64,000 bases of DNA from Balamuthia mandrillaris. Lineage: Eukaryota. The notes under the pieces are model-generated. The model saw only the letters and a list, made by a program, of their open reading frames with translations. It had not been told where the DNA came from and ran no database searches. Each line of letters begins with the position of its first letter. Positions within the stretch are counted from its first letter, which is position 1. The stretch covers positions 124,001 to 188,000 of the forward strand of contig JAVKOQ020000001.1 in assembly GCA_031835245.2 (NCBI GenBank), written 5' to 3'. Shown piece by piece: positions 35,290 to 46,335 of the stretch. Made by a program: the position numbers and the translations under genes.

Positions 35290-38200
35290 CTCTTCTTGCT
35301 GAGCCCTGCAAGGCATCTCCAAGGTTCTGTTGAACTCCAAACTTCCCAGTTCAGAACTTTTCCAATGCATTCTACAGCAACTCAGTTTCTGCACCACCCC
35401 AGCTCACTAAGCTATCTTTCTGTTTCTTGGCTTGGTATCAATATGTTTGTAAGAGCTTGTAGTATCCAACACTTCACATCTATCATAAATCTTTCTCCGT
35501 GGTGAGGTTGAGAATGATGCAGAGGAGGCAGTTGGTGTAGAGGACAAAGAGGATAGCAAAGAGGTTAGTGAAGAGGTTGCTGAAGAGGGCCATGAAGAGG
35601 TTTGCAAAGAGGTCGACGAAGAGGTTGGTGAAGAGGTCATCAAAGAGCTTGATGAAAAGAGCTATAAAAGAGGTCAGCAAGGAGGTTAGCAAGGACGGTG
35701 AAGGGGTTGGCAAGGAGGTCGGCAAGAAGGACGGCGAAGAGGTCGGCAAAGAGGTTGGCAAGAAGGACGGCGAAGAGGTCGGCAAAGAGGAGGCTGAGTC
35801 CTGAGAGGTCGGCAAAGAGGTCAGTGAAGAGGACGGCGATGAGGTAGGCAAGAAGACAAGCAAGGACATAAGATGGGTAAGCAAGGACTGAAGAGAGAAC
35901 AAGGAGAGTGTGGAGCTACCTTGAGCTTGGTGTGCAACCAACTTAGCTCGTTTCTTCTTTCTGTAGTAGCGTTGGTTTCGCTCCTGTCGAAGCCGCTTTT
36001 TTCGCAGAGTCTCTGCTTTCTTACGTTCAACTTTTTTTCGAGCATGATACCGCCGTTGAGCCTCAGCAGCCCTCTTCCGTCGAAGTTCCTTCGTCTCGCG
36101 CAGGCGCTTTTCCTCTGCTTTCTTCTGGAAAGTGACGCTCTCGATCGCAGGGAAACCCAAAGTTCCCTTGCGCTGATTTTAGCAGAAAAACAGCGTCCAG
36201 AGCAGCTGTAAGGACGACACGATATTCCACGTCAGCGCCACGTCATTAAAACAACAAAGAGAAGAATGAGGAAGAGAACATGAAGAAGAGAAGCGAATAG
36301 AGACAATACTTCATGTTGTTCTTTTTAGCAACTCCACTGTTTTGTTGATGTTTTTTTGTCATACAATGTGTTGCAAACCTCAAAACAGAGACATTGCAAC
36401 AAGAACATAAATGGTACTAAGGTCCTTCTTCTTTTGTGATTTCGATTTTGCAGACGCCAAAATGTCTCGTTGTTTTTGGTACAGCGCTTCTGTTCGAAGA
36501 CCTGGATAGCGCTCCAGAGTACCGTTTTTCAAACAGCGTTTGGCCATTGAAGAACCTCGAAGTCCTCTGACCGTACAAGAGAATACTTTCTGCACCTGTC
36601 ACCACCATGCGCCAAAAGAAGAACCATGAATAACGGCTTTCAACGTGAACCTTGCCATCAGCAAAGCAGAGAAAGAAAAAGATGAAGGCACGAGCTGTGA
36701 AAGATCGGCGCATAGTGAAAGGTGAACTGGACAGCTGTGCATTGCTGCACAACAAACAGGATGAAAAATTTCTCAATCCAAACTTTCATAACACCTCTTG
36801 GGGTAAGTACCTGTTTCCTATCTCTTCTCTACTCTCATGCGGATACTTTCTTCTCCACCGTTACTCTCCTCTGTCTTGTCTACGCTCGTCTCCTCTCTCT
36901 CGTACAGGATGAAAAAGGTATGTCTGACAGTTAGTGTTGTTGAAGATTTGGGTTGTGACGTATATGATGGTTGTAGAACACCATTATAAACGCCAACTTA
37001 TTGGTCGGCTCAATCTAACTACACAAAGGAGAATAACTGATACTCTCTCTGCCTCAATGGAGGTGAAGATATCCTATATTCGTAGTCAGTTTAAGATATG
37101 GGTAAGCTTAACTTTCTTTTTCTTTCTCTTCTGTTTCCTCTCCTCTCCTCTGCTCTCCTCCGCTCTCCTCTGCTCTCCTCCGCTCTCCTCTACTCTCCTC
37201 CGCTCTCCTCCACTCTCCTCCGCTCTCCTCCGCTCTCCTCTGCTCTGCTCTCCTCTCCTCCGCTCTCCTCTCTTTCTCTCTCTTTCTCTTGCTTTTTTTG
37301 TTATCTCTTCTCATTCTTTTTTCAAAAGGCCCGTTTGGAAACTTTGAAGGGACTGTCAACGAAGAAAATTTCACACTGTTACGATAACACTTTCCAACAA
37401 AAGCGAAGATCACAAATACGCAAGCCTGTATTCAGGTTGTTGTTTTTTGAAAGACTATTTATTTTTTTAGTGTTTGTTTAACATTTTTCTTTTAGGTGAC
37501 GCTGGTTTTGTTAGCTCGGACCAGTAACACAAGAATGTTCACTTTTTGCTGAATCCGAAACACCACAAGGGCTGGTGGCTACGAAAGCTATACAATCTAC
37601 ATAATGCCTCTTTCAAAACTTCGAATTTACTACAATGCCTACAAGATCTTTCTCAATGCACACAAGTAAAGAAGAAGGAGAAAGAGAAAAGAGAGTGGGG
37701 CCAGTTTGTTTCCATTCATATAGCGTGGCAAGATGTCAAGGATGTATCATGAAGCTCTATGGTCATGTGCTTGTCAGCCACAGCTGATTTTTATGAACAA
37801 ATGGACTTCAAATGCTTCAATAGAGCAAGGAGAGTTCTTTTTTGCTCAAGCGAAAAAGACTCTCAAAAATATGACAGGCAAAGACTTGACAAAGGTTAAC
37901 CTCTGGCCCAGGTCCTCATTCGTCTTGGATTTGCAGCACATAAAAGACTTCAAAGAGGTCCACAAACACTTTCTTCATGCAATAGAAGGATTAGAGATGC
38001 TTTTCAAGGTACTGTTCATTTTTATTTTCTGCTTTCTATTCTCTTTTCTTCTCTGTTCCTTCGTTTCAATGACCTCTAATTTTTTTTTCTAAGCACACAA
38101 ATTTAAAGAATTGATAATCTCGCCCTCCATGTTCAAGCCTGATGAAACTGATGCCTTTCTTGAGAACCTAAAGCACTGGGGCTATCAAGAGAACATCCGA

Positions 38201-38330
38201 AAAAATATATACCAGGCTCCGTTTCGGATGTTCTTCGCGTTTTGTCCTCTTAAGAATTTTCGTAGACTCAAGTCGGAAATTTGCTTTCTCATTCTGTTTA
38301 GCCTAACAAATATGAGCAGGGAGACAAAGA
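35290..38330. mobile_element. Possible decayed DNA transposon with two divergent ORFs
   Basis: A basic Lys/Arg-rich exon on the minus strand (~35920-36150) and a fragmented spliced ORF on the plus strand (~36680-38200, NASIEQGEFFFAQAKK). The family is not recognised. Confidence 0.3.
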
Positions 38331-38339
38331 AACAACCAA

Positions 38340-38700
38340 GAAACAAGAATGAGAAACAAGGAACAAGAACAAGAACAAGAACAAGAACAAGAACAAGAAC
38401 AAGAACAAGAACAAGAACAAAAACAAGAACAAGAACAACAATGAGAACGAAAATGAGAACAAGAACAAGAATGAGAACAACACCAAAAATGATAACAAAA
38501 TTGAGAACAAGAACGAGAACATGAAAGAGACGGAGAACGCGAATGAGAACGAGAACACAAACGCAAACAAGAACAGAGAACACAAACACAAACGCAAACG
38601 AGAACAAGAACATGAACGCGAACGCAAACGAAAATGAGAACGAGATAGAGAACAAGAACAAGAACGAGAACGAAAATGAGAACAAGAATAAGAATGAGAA
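38340..38700. repeat. (AAGAAC)n-derived decayed microsatellite
   Basis: Same hexamer unit as in GatB intron 1. Confidence 0.85.
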
Positions 38701-38769
38701 CACTTGTTGTTGAAACAACATCGAAAGAAGATCACACGAACAAGCTTCAACGGCAAACAAACTCGATAT

Positions 38770-39700
38770 GGAATACTTTTCCATAGCCTTCGACCAATAC
38801 CTAACACGAAAAGGCATCATCCATCAACGAACAGCTCCCTACTCACCTCATCAAAACGACGTCGCTGAACGCAAGAATAACTCTTCTCGAGAAAGCACGT
38901 TGCCTTCTTCTTTAGAGGAAACTCGGCAATACAGAGTCCGAAGTTCCTCCAGAGACTTGCCGTTGAGAACAGCAATGCCGATTCGGTTGCAGATGTAGTT
39001 CGCCGTGCGTAGAACTTCGCCCCAGAGTGAATTGCCGGCAACTTCACGCCTTCGGATGAAGCATACGCTCTCATTCCTTCGGACCTGAGGGTAACGCGAA
39101 CGCTCATCGTCTGTACAGACCCAAAACCAACAGAGCCGAGATGTTTCCTTCACCGATTCACCGCTCGCGCTCTCAACCAACGAAATGCAAAGCGATACTC
39201 AAAAAGTGCACAAAACTCAAAACGAAGCTTCACAAACAGGGGGAGCAACAACAACAACTTCCTCATCATCATCGCAAGCCAGTAACGCTTCTACGGAATC
39301 GTCTCCAGATCAACAACCTGATGACGATCAATCCATGCCTCCTCCTCTCGTTAACGATGAATCATACGCCTCTACCCTTCTTTGACGTCGAAGTACCAGG
39401 CGGAACTTCATCACCTTCGGAATCGACTTCATCTCAAGCAAAATCTTACGAACAATCTTCATCATCGTCTGATCCTTCATCTACGTCATCATCTTCGGAT
39501 AAAGGAAAAGAACTTTCGGATTCCAACTCCTCGCTACGACGCTCTACTCGATCACGTACTCCATCAACTCCATATCGATATCGTCCAAGCATCTGTTGCT
39601 GAGATACTACCTACGAAAAGCTCAGCGTTCATCAAATGGACTTATGTTGTCTCGAAATGCATCCTTTGACTAGGAGAGAAGTGTTGCTTGCGCCGATGAG
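38770..39700 (+). mobile_element. Degenerate Ty1/Copia integrase fragment with an internal inversion
   Basis: Plus strand: KGIIHQRTAPYSPHQNDVAERKN. Minus strand 38880-39050: SLWGEVLRTANYICNR. Plus strand resumes with AYALIP, SRDVSF and LRRSTRSR. Confidence 0.8.
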
Positions 39701-39706
39701 CATTTC

Positions 39707-40775
39707 ATTATTTAGGTTCCACTACTGGAGGTTTTTTTGCTAAAAGCTCCCAGCCCTACTTTCAATGTGCCAATGCTGCACATCAAAAGCATCAAGGAAA
39801 GTGTCCTCGCTATTCACTCTTTTACTCCTCTCCTACACCCCAAAAATTGCCACCCTCCTTGATGGCACAGGCAAAGTCAACCTTGCTTATCGTCTTCCAG
39901 TGATACCTTCAATCTGGGGTCTTGCCCCTGCCCCTCCCCCTTCGTCAAATGATAGACCAGAACGCACCTCAAACTGGCCTCTTAACCCTGCAACTGATTG
40001 GATCTGGGACCATGACACAAACAATGCTCGAGAATGTATCTTCTTTGAATTTAAGTTCCATGAAAACCCTGCTGACAACACCTTTTTGATTGATGCTGGT
40101 TGTGGACATGTACACACATTCGATAACCCTCTCATCATGCTTGGAGTAGATAGTCCATACTGGATGTTTGGTGCCAGAATCAAAATTGCTGGTTCTGGAA
40201 TTACAACCACCAATTATATTACTCATGCTGAACATACCATTGCTTCCGATGTCTTCAACGTGCTGATTGACACCGGTTTGTCCTCTCACATGTACAGCGA
40301 GCAAGGTACTGTTCTATTGTGTGTTGCTTGTTTGTGTGAATGCAATTGCTAACCACAGTTGTTTAGACGTGTGGGCTGACTCGTTTGGAGCAGCAGTTCC
40401 TCTGTCCACTTCCCAGTTTACTATGACCCTCGAACCTGCTGAAATTCACAAGGACTCAGCGTTTACTTCGTTCTCTATCACAGTTCAACAAAGTGATATT
40501 TTCATTCTGACGGACCAACAGTCATGGTACAAAGACAGCCACATTGTATTTGGCTGGGGATTGCTTAAGGTATGTCTCTTGATTTTATTGCATTGAGAGC
40601 ATTTCCTCAGTAAACGCATGTTCTGTTACAGGACTCATTCTACAGATTGTCTTTTGCTCACCCCAGTGCCACTCTTGTTGACCTTTCTGGGCAAGATATT
40701 GGACATGTGACTGATGGCAGGCTAAGGATCATCTACCAAACAACTGTTCCTCCTTCAAACATTTAAATTGTAATG
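39707..40775 (+). pseudogene. 5'-truncated, near-identical inverted duplicate of gene A
   Basis: Reverse complement of about 25043-26105, including both introns and the stop codon. It lacks the signal peptide and has small indels at its 5' end. Confidence 0.92.
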
Positions 40776-40782
40776 GCAACAA

Positions 40783-41138
40783 TGTTAAATGAGTAGAAGT
40801 GTGCAGGGGAAGGGAAACAATGAGTGGAAGGAAAGATATGTATTGGCTATCAGAAAGAGAGAAAGAAAGGGAAAATTGTGATAAGGTAGGTGAGGGAACA
40901 ACCCAACGGATACCAACTCGTGTGCAGGGAAAAGACGTTTAATAGAATGGAAGAAAGAAATATATATGACACCTTTCCAATGGGTACAATGAAAAATGAT
41001 CCAAAAAATTTGGCTCACAATCCACCCAAAATTAACTACCAATTTTTGGACGATTTTCCCTATCTCAAACCCCCCCATTGGGAAATTGTCATATACAAGG
41101 AGAGATAGGGATAGGTATTATGGGAGAGTGGTATAACA
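40783..41138. repeat. LTR-like dispersed repeat (TGTTA...TAACA)
   Basis: The terminal ~45 bp (AAGGAGAGATAGGGATAGGTATTATGGGAGAGTGGTATAACA) recurs at about 52005 and 53352, and inverted at about 51349 and 53213. No target-site duplication found. Confidence 0.6.
40967..41091. mobile_element. 125-bp MITE with 18-bp imperfect TIRs in a TATA context
   Basis: TGACACCTTTCCAATGGG...CCCATTGGGAAATTGTCA (15/18 match). Second copy at 62228-62356; empty site near 53340-53355. Confidence 0.8.
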
Positions 41139-41199
41139 GCATCAAGGTGAGCGAGGGAGGGTTTCTTTCCGGACCAAGCCTCTTCCCGGCGTGATGTTG

Positions 41200-41966
41200 C
41201 CATCAAGCTCTGAGGTGCCCACACGGTTCCTTATGTAGTTTGCCATTCGAACTTTCTTCTGCCCAGAATTGGTCGCCCAGTTTAGCTTGCTGAATCATGC
41301 AACGTGCTGCTTCCATGAGGACACTGTTCTTGCGCTCGGCGACGCCTTTTTGAAGAGGAGCATTCGCTGCTGTCCTTTGCTGTTTGATACCGAGTGCGTT
41401 GAGACGTTCCTTGAACTCTTTGCTGCAGATATTCTCCTTGGCATGGAGGGACATCCGATAGAGTTTTGCTTCTGCAACCGCTGCAGAATTTAACGCCGTT
41501 AAACGAGGAGAGGAAACTGACGGAGAGAATTTGAGGCTGATATGACCGAGACGTCGATGCCAGAGTTCGAGGGGCGTGAGCTGCAGATATGCAGGAGTGT
41601 TGGTGGGATGCCGCGAAGTAGAGGAGAGAGGCTCTTTGGAGGAGCTGAGAGCTTGCAAAGTAAGCGTAGGCGTGACGGTCTTTGATGACGTGATAAGTAC
41701 GGACCAAGTAGGTACCGAGTCCACTGGTTGCTTGCTTTTGACTTGGTCGTTTCGCTTCTCCTTTTTGCCAGATGGATAGCAGAACTTCTTCCAGCCTCTT
41801 CTGCTTGGGTGGTTCTGCTGTTCTTCCAGTATGACGCCCTTTTTCCTTCGGCGAGAGTGCTCCAACATCGCGGTGTTCAGGGCCTCGTCCACTGAAGATG
41901 AGAAGAGAGTTGCTAGAGCTTTGAGTCGTCATTTTGTGTGAGAGTTACAGGCCCATAACCTGTTAG
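41200..41966 (-). mobile_element. Deleted Ty1/Copia element with PBS GGTTATGGGCC after an LTR end ...TAACA
   Basis: LELWHRRLGHIS (GAG-pre-integrase) and QRTAANAPLQKGVAERKNSVLMEAARCMI...FWAE. PBS at 41950-41960. Confidence 0.85.
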
Positions 41967-42539
41967 AAGAGTAGACGAAAGAAACAAGCAGAGGAGGGGT
42001 GGAAGGACATCGTTGCTAATGAGGGCAAGTGGATTACCAAAGACCTCCAAACACCAACATATGATAAGTGAAAGTAAAAAAGAATCAAAGCATATAGCTG
42101 GGTATTAAGGCTATCACGGACAGAAAAAGAAAAAGGGGAAAGCATCAAGCATGATGACATCATGTAAATCAGGGAATTAGAGTAGTGCCAAAACAGCTAG
42201 CTGTTTTCTTTGCTGGGGTTTTGCTTTTGCACTTTTAGTTGAAGCTCTAAACTTCACAATAAAGAACTTATTGACATTTTGGAAATTCTACAGAAATTCC
42301 ACATCAAAGAAAAAATGAAGACAGGAACAATGTCCTTTATCAGTTCTAATCATATTATAGCCAAGTAATTTGGTACCAATTTTTTGAGCCTTGAGACAAG
42401 AAAATTTATTAAAGACAAATGTCAAGGCTGGTGGGAGATTTTGAAGCTAATCCCATTATTATTATGGAGATGAAGGAATCTTTCATACACAGAAGAAACT
42501 TTATTTTTGAGGACCACGAAGGGTTGACTCTCCTAATGG

Positions 42540-43260
42540 TTCAAAAAGGAGAGCAAGGTTACAAAGCTTACACATAACATGAAAACATTTAGCGTGAAGT
42601 CCACACTCCAACGCCAAGGAAGGTGGGTAACATTGAACTGCTTGATTCTTTTCAGGACTCGCTCAATGGTAGAGCGAACAGCATGGATGTTGTAGTTGAA
42701 CTCAAGGTCTTCATCACTTTGCTCAGCCTTTTTCCCAGGTCGAGGAACTAGCCATGAAACTCTGTCTTGCTAATAGCCTTTGTCTCCCATTCCACATTCA
42801 AAGTCACACATAAGAGGCTTGATTCAGCAGTTGCTATGGCAATGTCTGATGCTGCTCCTGGCCAGGGTTGAGACACATGGATGATTCGTGGAATTCCCAA
42901 AGAGCAAGCCATTTGGTATTCGACGAATGCCCCCTTTCCTCCCGCTTGGTGGCATTCCCAATTACACATATAGGGTGTCTCCACAGGTACTGTTGTTGTG
43001 TCTGACACAAAAAAAGGAACCGGATAAAACCAGTTAAAGGAGATGAGGGATTTCTTCATTTCAATGCTTGTTTTATTTACATACTGCTTTGCTTAATAGT
43101 GCTCTCTTTACACTATGACTTCGCTTTCTTCTTCCTTTCGCCATGGGAGCGTCACAATAACCCATTTGGTTTCTCTTCTGCAGGTAGCATGATGGTTTCA
43201 CGGCGCACAAAGTCAATAGGGGCAGGAGGTACAAAGGAAAGAACAACCTCGCCTTCACGG
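42540..43260 (-). mobile_element. PIF/Harbinger-ISL2EU (DDE_Tnp_4-like) transposase remnant
   Basis: VSDTTTVPVETP, IIHVSQPWPGAASDIAI and FNYNIHAVRSTIERVLKRIKQF, frameshifted. Confidence 0.7.
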
Positions 43261-44315
43261 CATTAAAATTCAGTAGCTGGAACTCTTGTCTGTTGCAACA
43301 TTTCTAATGAAGGAGGCTCTGCTTTGGTTAGTTGGAGTCGTTCTTGGGCATTTTCAACCTCTTGAGCAATCTTCAAAGAGCAGAGAATTTCAGGGATATG
43401 TCGAGCTGCCACCACAAAGGCAGACAAAAACTGTTGAGTGTAGAACAGCCCAAGTTGTTCAGTATAGGCCAACTTCTGTTCCATTTGCTTTACAAAGCTG
43501 TTTCTCAACCCAGACTCTGGAAATGGCTCACCATATTGAGCCATTTGTACTTTGTCTTCATTTTCTTCTTTTTCTCTTCCTTCTGGTTCTTCTTACTTTC
43601 ATCTACATAAATAGATGTAGCTACATTGTTCACTGTTTTTAATTTTTGTTTTTGTTTGTGTTTTGTATTTGTGTTTTGTGTTTTGTTTTTGTTTTGTTTT
43701 TAGGAATGTTGAAAATGTTTTGTAGGCAGGACAGTTATCAAACCATTTTTCTTTAAATAGGCTTCATGGTCAGAAACCTTTTTTCCATTGACTTGCTTCG
43801 GCGTGTAGTGGTATTGTTGATGAAGTCGACCAAACCACTGCAATAATGGGAAAGGGACAGTTGTGTTGAGAAATTGAGAATTACCAACTCTATTCTGCTA
43901 ATTCCTCATGTTAGGTCTCTTCCTGGACCCTCACCTTCCTCATATTTCTCCTTTCTTTCCCATTTCTCTTTTCCCTTTCTCTCAGTGTACTCTAAAGCAA
44001 TGACAGAGATCCCTTCCTGTTGTTTTTCTTTCTTCTGAAATACACTCCTTTTTGATCATGTGTCCCTTTCTTTTGTTAAGTTAAACTTAACCAACATTCA
44101 CACAGCTAATAGCAAAAGCAGTACTATAATAAGGCCAGTAGGAAAACAGCTTGATTGATACCAACTTGATGGATAAGATGGGAGAATAGAGTTGGCATTG
44201 ACATTGGTGACTTTCTTTTTTTCCTTTTTTTGACTTGCTTTTTGCCTGGACCACTGTTTTTAGGTTACTCTTTCCTGCTTTTACTGGTTTTTTCTCTATA
44301 TGTAAAGTTGCTTAG

Positions 44316-44552
44316 TGTTGAGAATTACTCTCAACATATTAGTTCCGTTGCTCCTTTTCCTTCTGTCGATATCTGTGACATGGACCAATCGCCTGCTGCT
44401 ACATCGCTAGGCTTCTTCCTTTTATTCCGTTGCTTCCTTCTCTCTTTCTTTTAGTTAGTTTTGTTTCAACCACACCTTTCCCTCTTGACACCCTTTGTTC
44501 CCTTGTTCCCTCTTTGAATAATACGTTTTGGCCCCATCCGTTCATGTTATTA
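44316..44552. repeat. Solo-LTR-like repeat, copy 1
   Basis: Begins TGTTGAGAATTACTCTCAACA. Inverted homolog at 58389-58644. Confidence 0.7.
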
Positions 44553-44809
44553 AAGTAAACGGAGGCTCAGATAAAAGAGCACCTTTCCTACCAGCTCACA
44601 AAAAAAAAATATGCCATGCCAAGAAGTAAAACACACGATCAGCAGGCAGGTGTCTGCAGAAGAAGGAGGAACGATGCAAATACGATATTTTTTTCCCAAC
44701 ACGTCACCCTCTTAGTATTCATGACGACATGAGCAGGGAACAGAAGGGAAAAGAAAGGAAAAGAAAAAAGAAAAAAATAAAACACGTCTTCCTGTTTCTG
44801 CACAAGATG

Positions 44810-45860
44810 CGGATTCACCAACGACGACAATGCATCACACTTGCATGCATTTTGTTGTTGCTTGACACAGATGTCACTTATTCCCCACACCTCACTCACA
44901 GTGCACTGCACACAAACAAAGGTAAAGGCAAAGGCCGAAACAAATCAAGACCGTTGGTGCTTAAACGTGTGAATGTTGTTGCTCTGGTGCGACGAAACCC
45001 AAACCTTGTCAAACAACACCTTCACATTTCTTTGGAGGTATTTGATCTTCTTGTTCTTGACCTTCAGCCATTCAAAAAACATTTGACTGCGAATTCAAGT
45101 TTAAAGTCTGTAACTTTTTTTTTCTTTCTTTTTTTTTTGCTCTCCTAACTCTGTTTGACCCACATGACAGGTGTCTTTCTTTCGAGAATAAGATCTACTT
45201 GTGCCTGAAATGGCTTGCACACTATGAGGGGTATGGCACTTTGGCATTCGAGTTTGGAGTAAGCAACTTTGATGTGAGCCAAGTGATCAAAGAAACTCTC
45301 CCTGTGCTTGCTGTTCACTTTCTTCAGTATATCCCCAACCGAATAGAGACAACAACAACATCTTCAATGAGCAACCAAGTTGTGGCAATCATTGATGGCA
45401 CAATACATCCAGTTCCTCGACCAGCAGTATCCCAACACAAGCTTTATCGCAAAGACAAAGGTTGCCACTTCATTCAAAGCTTGCTTTTGGTGGATTTTGA
45501 TGGCTACATTATCTCTGTTTCTTCAGGTTATGAAGGACATAACTTAGACTCAACTGCAGCACGCCACAACAATATCTTTCGTGCTATTTTGCAACAAAAG
45601 TTTGCTCTTGATGATCCTGGCTTTGGTTTGGTGGACTATATTGTCACTGGTCTTCGTACTAACCAGATGGTTTCTAAGGCTCATGTAATCTTTGATGCTC
45701 TCAGCAGGTCTGAGCAAATGGGTATTGAGCACATCAACAACTTCTTCAAAAGTTTGCTGCACTTTCCAAACGTACTGTGTTTTTGCACTCTCGCACTCAT
45801 CAAGTGTGTGCTGTGTTTGCTTGTTGTGGTCTTTACAACTGGAAAAAAGGGCTTGGCTTT
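44810..45860 (+). mobile_element. PIF/Harbinger-ISL2EU transposase (HTH plus DDE_Tnp_4-like), spliced, frameshifted near the C-terminus
   Basis: LKWLAHYEGYGTLAFEFGVS (HTH), AIIDGTIHPVPRP, VDFDGYIISVSSGYEGHNLDS, LDDPGF and IEHINNFFK. Likely intron at about 45110-45170. Confidence 0.8.
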
Positions 45861-46335
45861 TACCAATAAACAATACCTCTTTTCCCTCTCTTGTTTTTTC
45901 CCTGGGATAAATGGGATAACTCTGGAAAACAATAAAGTGTCCATTTTTTTGTGGTTTTTATCCTTTTTTATCCCGATTTATCCTGGCTTATACTTCCTGC
46001 TGGAAAAGAGGGCTTATTGATAATATATCTAATCGCCCTTTCTAACATTAGTAAATTGAATAATATATTGTTATAAAGGGAGTTAACAAAACACCTGAGA
46101 TGCATTGGCCAAAAAAATTCCCTAAATATGGAAAAGGTGGAACAAGGAGAAGTTTTTAATAAGTTAGAAAAACTGAAATAGGCAAGTTTTAAGCTTTAAA
46201 AGTAATGGTAAATACTGTTATCCTAATTTATAAATTCTTATCTTAAATTGGACATTTGTTAACAAGGACCTTGCACAAAGTTAATGCGCACTTGGTTACA
46301 TTTTGTTGCTAGAACATCACCAAGGCGCAAGAACA

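Noticed and set aside
32083..45860. Fanzor/TnpB RNA-guided nuclease next to the transposases
   Set aside because: No RuvC motifs or terminal zinc-finger pattern seen in any adjacent ORF.
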